Shown: piece after piece, positions 63,400-64,000 of the stretch
Layout of the letters: each line of letters starts with the position of its first letter
How positions within the stretch are numbered: the stretch's first letter is position 1
Source: Octopus bimaculoides
Taxonomy: Eukaryota
DNA length: 64,000 nt
Assembly (NCBI RefSeq): GCF_001194135.2
Contig: NC_068989.1
Location: 32,475,096-32,539,095, forward strand
Direction of reading: 5' to 3'
The notes under the pieces: model-generated
The model's database searches: none
The model's input: the letters and a program-made list of their open reading frames with translations, nothing else
What the model was told of the DNA's origin: nothing
Program-made: the position numbers and the translations under genes

Positions 63400-64000
63400 A
63401 AAGCTTATGTCATTGAAATGAGAAATTTGGAAAATCTTGTGGAGAAACATGAGTGACCATTTGACCAGATAAGGTGAGTGTGGTGCCAATGACTAATTCT
63501 GCCTGTGTATATGATTTCTTCCCTGATGGTGGCATGAAAAGGTGTTCCAACCAATTATCGCTGTCATAGTGTGCTTTAAGCACAGACTTCATCTGTCAGT
63601 GAAAATGTTCAACCATGCTGTTGGCCATGGGATCATAGGTTGTGCAAATGTTTTTACACCCAAGATGTGTCAGCTTGGTGAACAGGTGAGACTTTAGCTG
63701 ATGTTTTCTCTTCATTGTGATTGTTGCATATGTACCTAAATGTGATATCCAGTGAAGTACCAGACTTTTAGGCAATTGATATTAATCAAACAGAGAAAAG
63801 ACTTCAGGCCATCAGGAAAATTGGTTGATGCAGGTTAGCAGATGCATACGATTCTGGGAAGGAGGCAGTGATCCTCTTGTGTTGATATACACATGTAGAA
63901 AACAGTCATTGGGTGTCTTAAAAGAGCTAGGTAGCGACTTGGCATGGTAATGTATTTTAGCTGTTTGACAAATGACACAGCTTCTGGCCTATTCATGGGT
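63400..64000 (-). mobile_element. Ty3/Gypsy integrase remnant
   Basis: Decayed HIDLVGPLPPS..LLTCI.QFS.WPEV; F.T.LDIT; SHLFTKLT..GCK..TTY.PMANSMVE.FH.QMKSVL..NWLEHL..QAELVIGTTLTLSG. Confidence 0.8.

Overview
AT-rich eukaryotic (animal) genomic DNA with several N-gaps and many (TA)n/(CA)n microsatellites. The SINE families and repeat style point to an octopus (coleoid cephalopod) assembly; this is an inference from memory, not a database match. About 1-55 kb and 61-64 kb is a nested transposon graveyard. It holds two piggyBac elements with intact TIRs (the first with TTAA on both sides) plus derivatives, a SPIN/GTF2IRD2-type hAT element with TIRs and an 8-bp TSD, and Chapaev3-like, Tigger and mariner remnants. 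It also holds two Ty3/Gypsy remnants, R4/Dong-, RTE-, CR1/L2- and Tx1-like LINE remnants, Penelope-like (GIY-YIG) remnants and many tRNA-derived SINEs. No intact long ORF is present. The most notable signals: (1) five loci with type-I hammerhead ribozyme folds, including a divergent head-to-head pair in a 157-bp palindrome and a TSD-flanked ~390-bp element joining a tRNA-like Pol III head to a minimal hammerhead; (2) a ~745-bp fold-back palindrome inside the hAT transposase; (3) a TE-poor, CpG-retaining domain (~56-61 kb) with a candidate minus-strand two-exon 35-aa small ORF or uORF with strong splice signals; (4) a strong minus-strand bias of LINE/LTR remnants. All calls were made by eye; coordinates of decayed elements are approximate.
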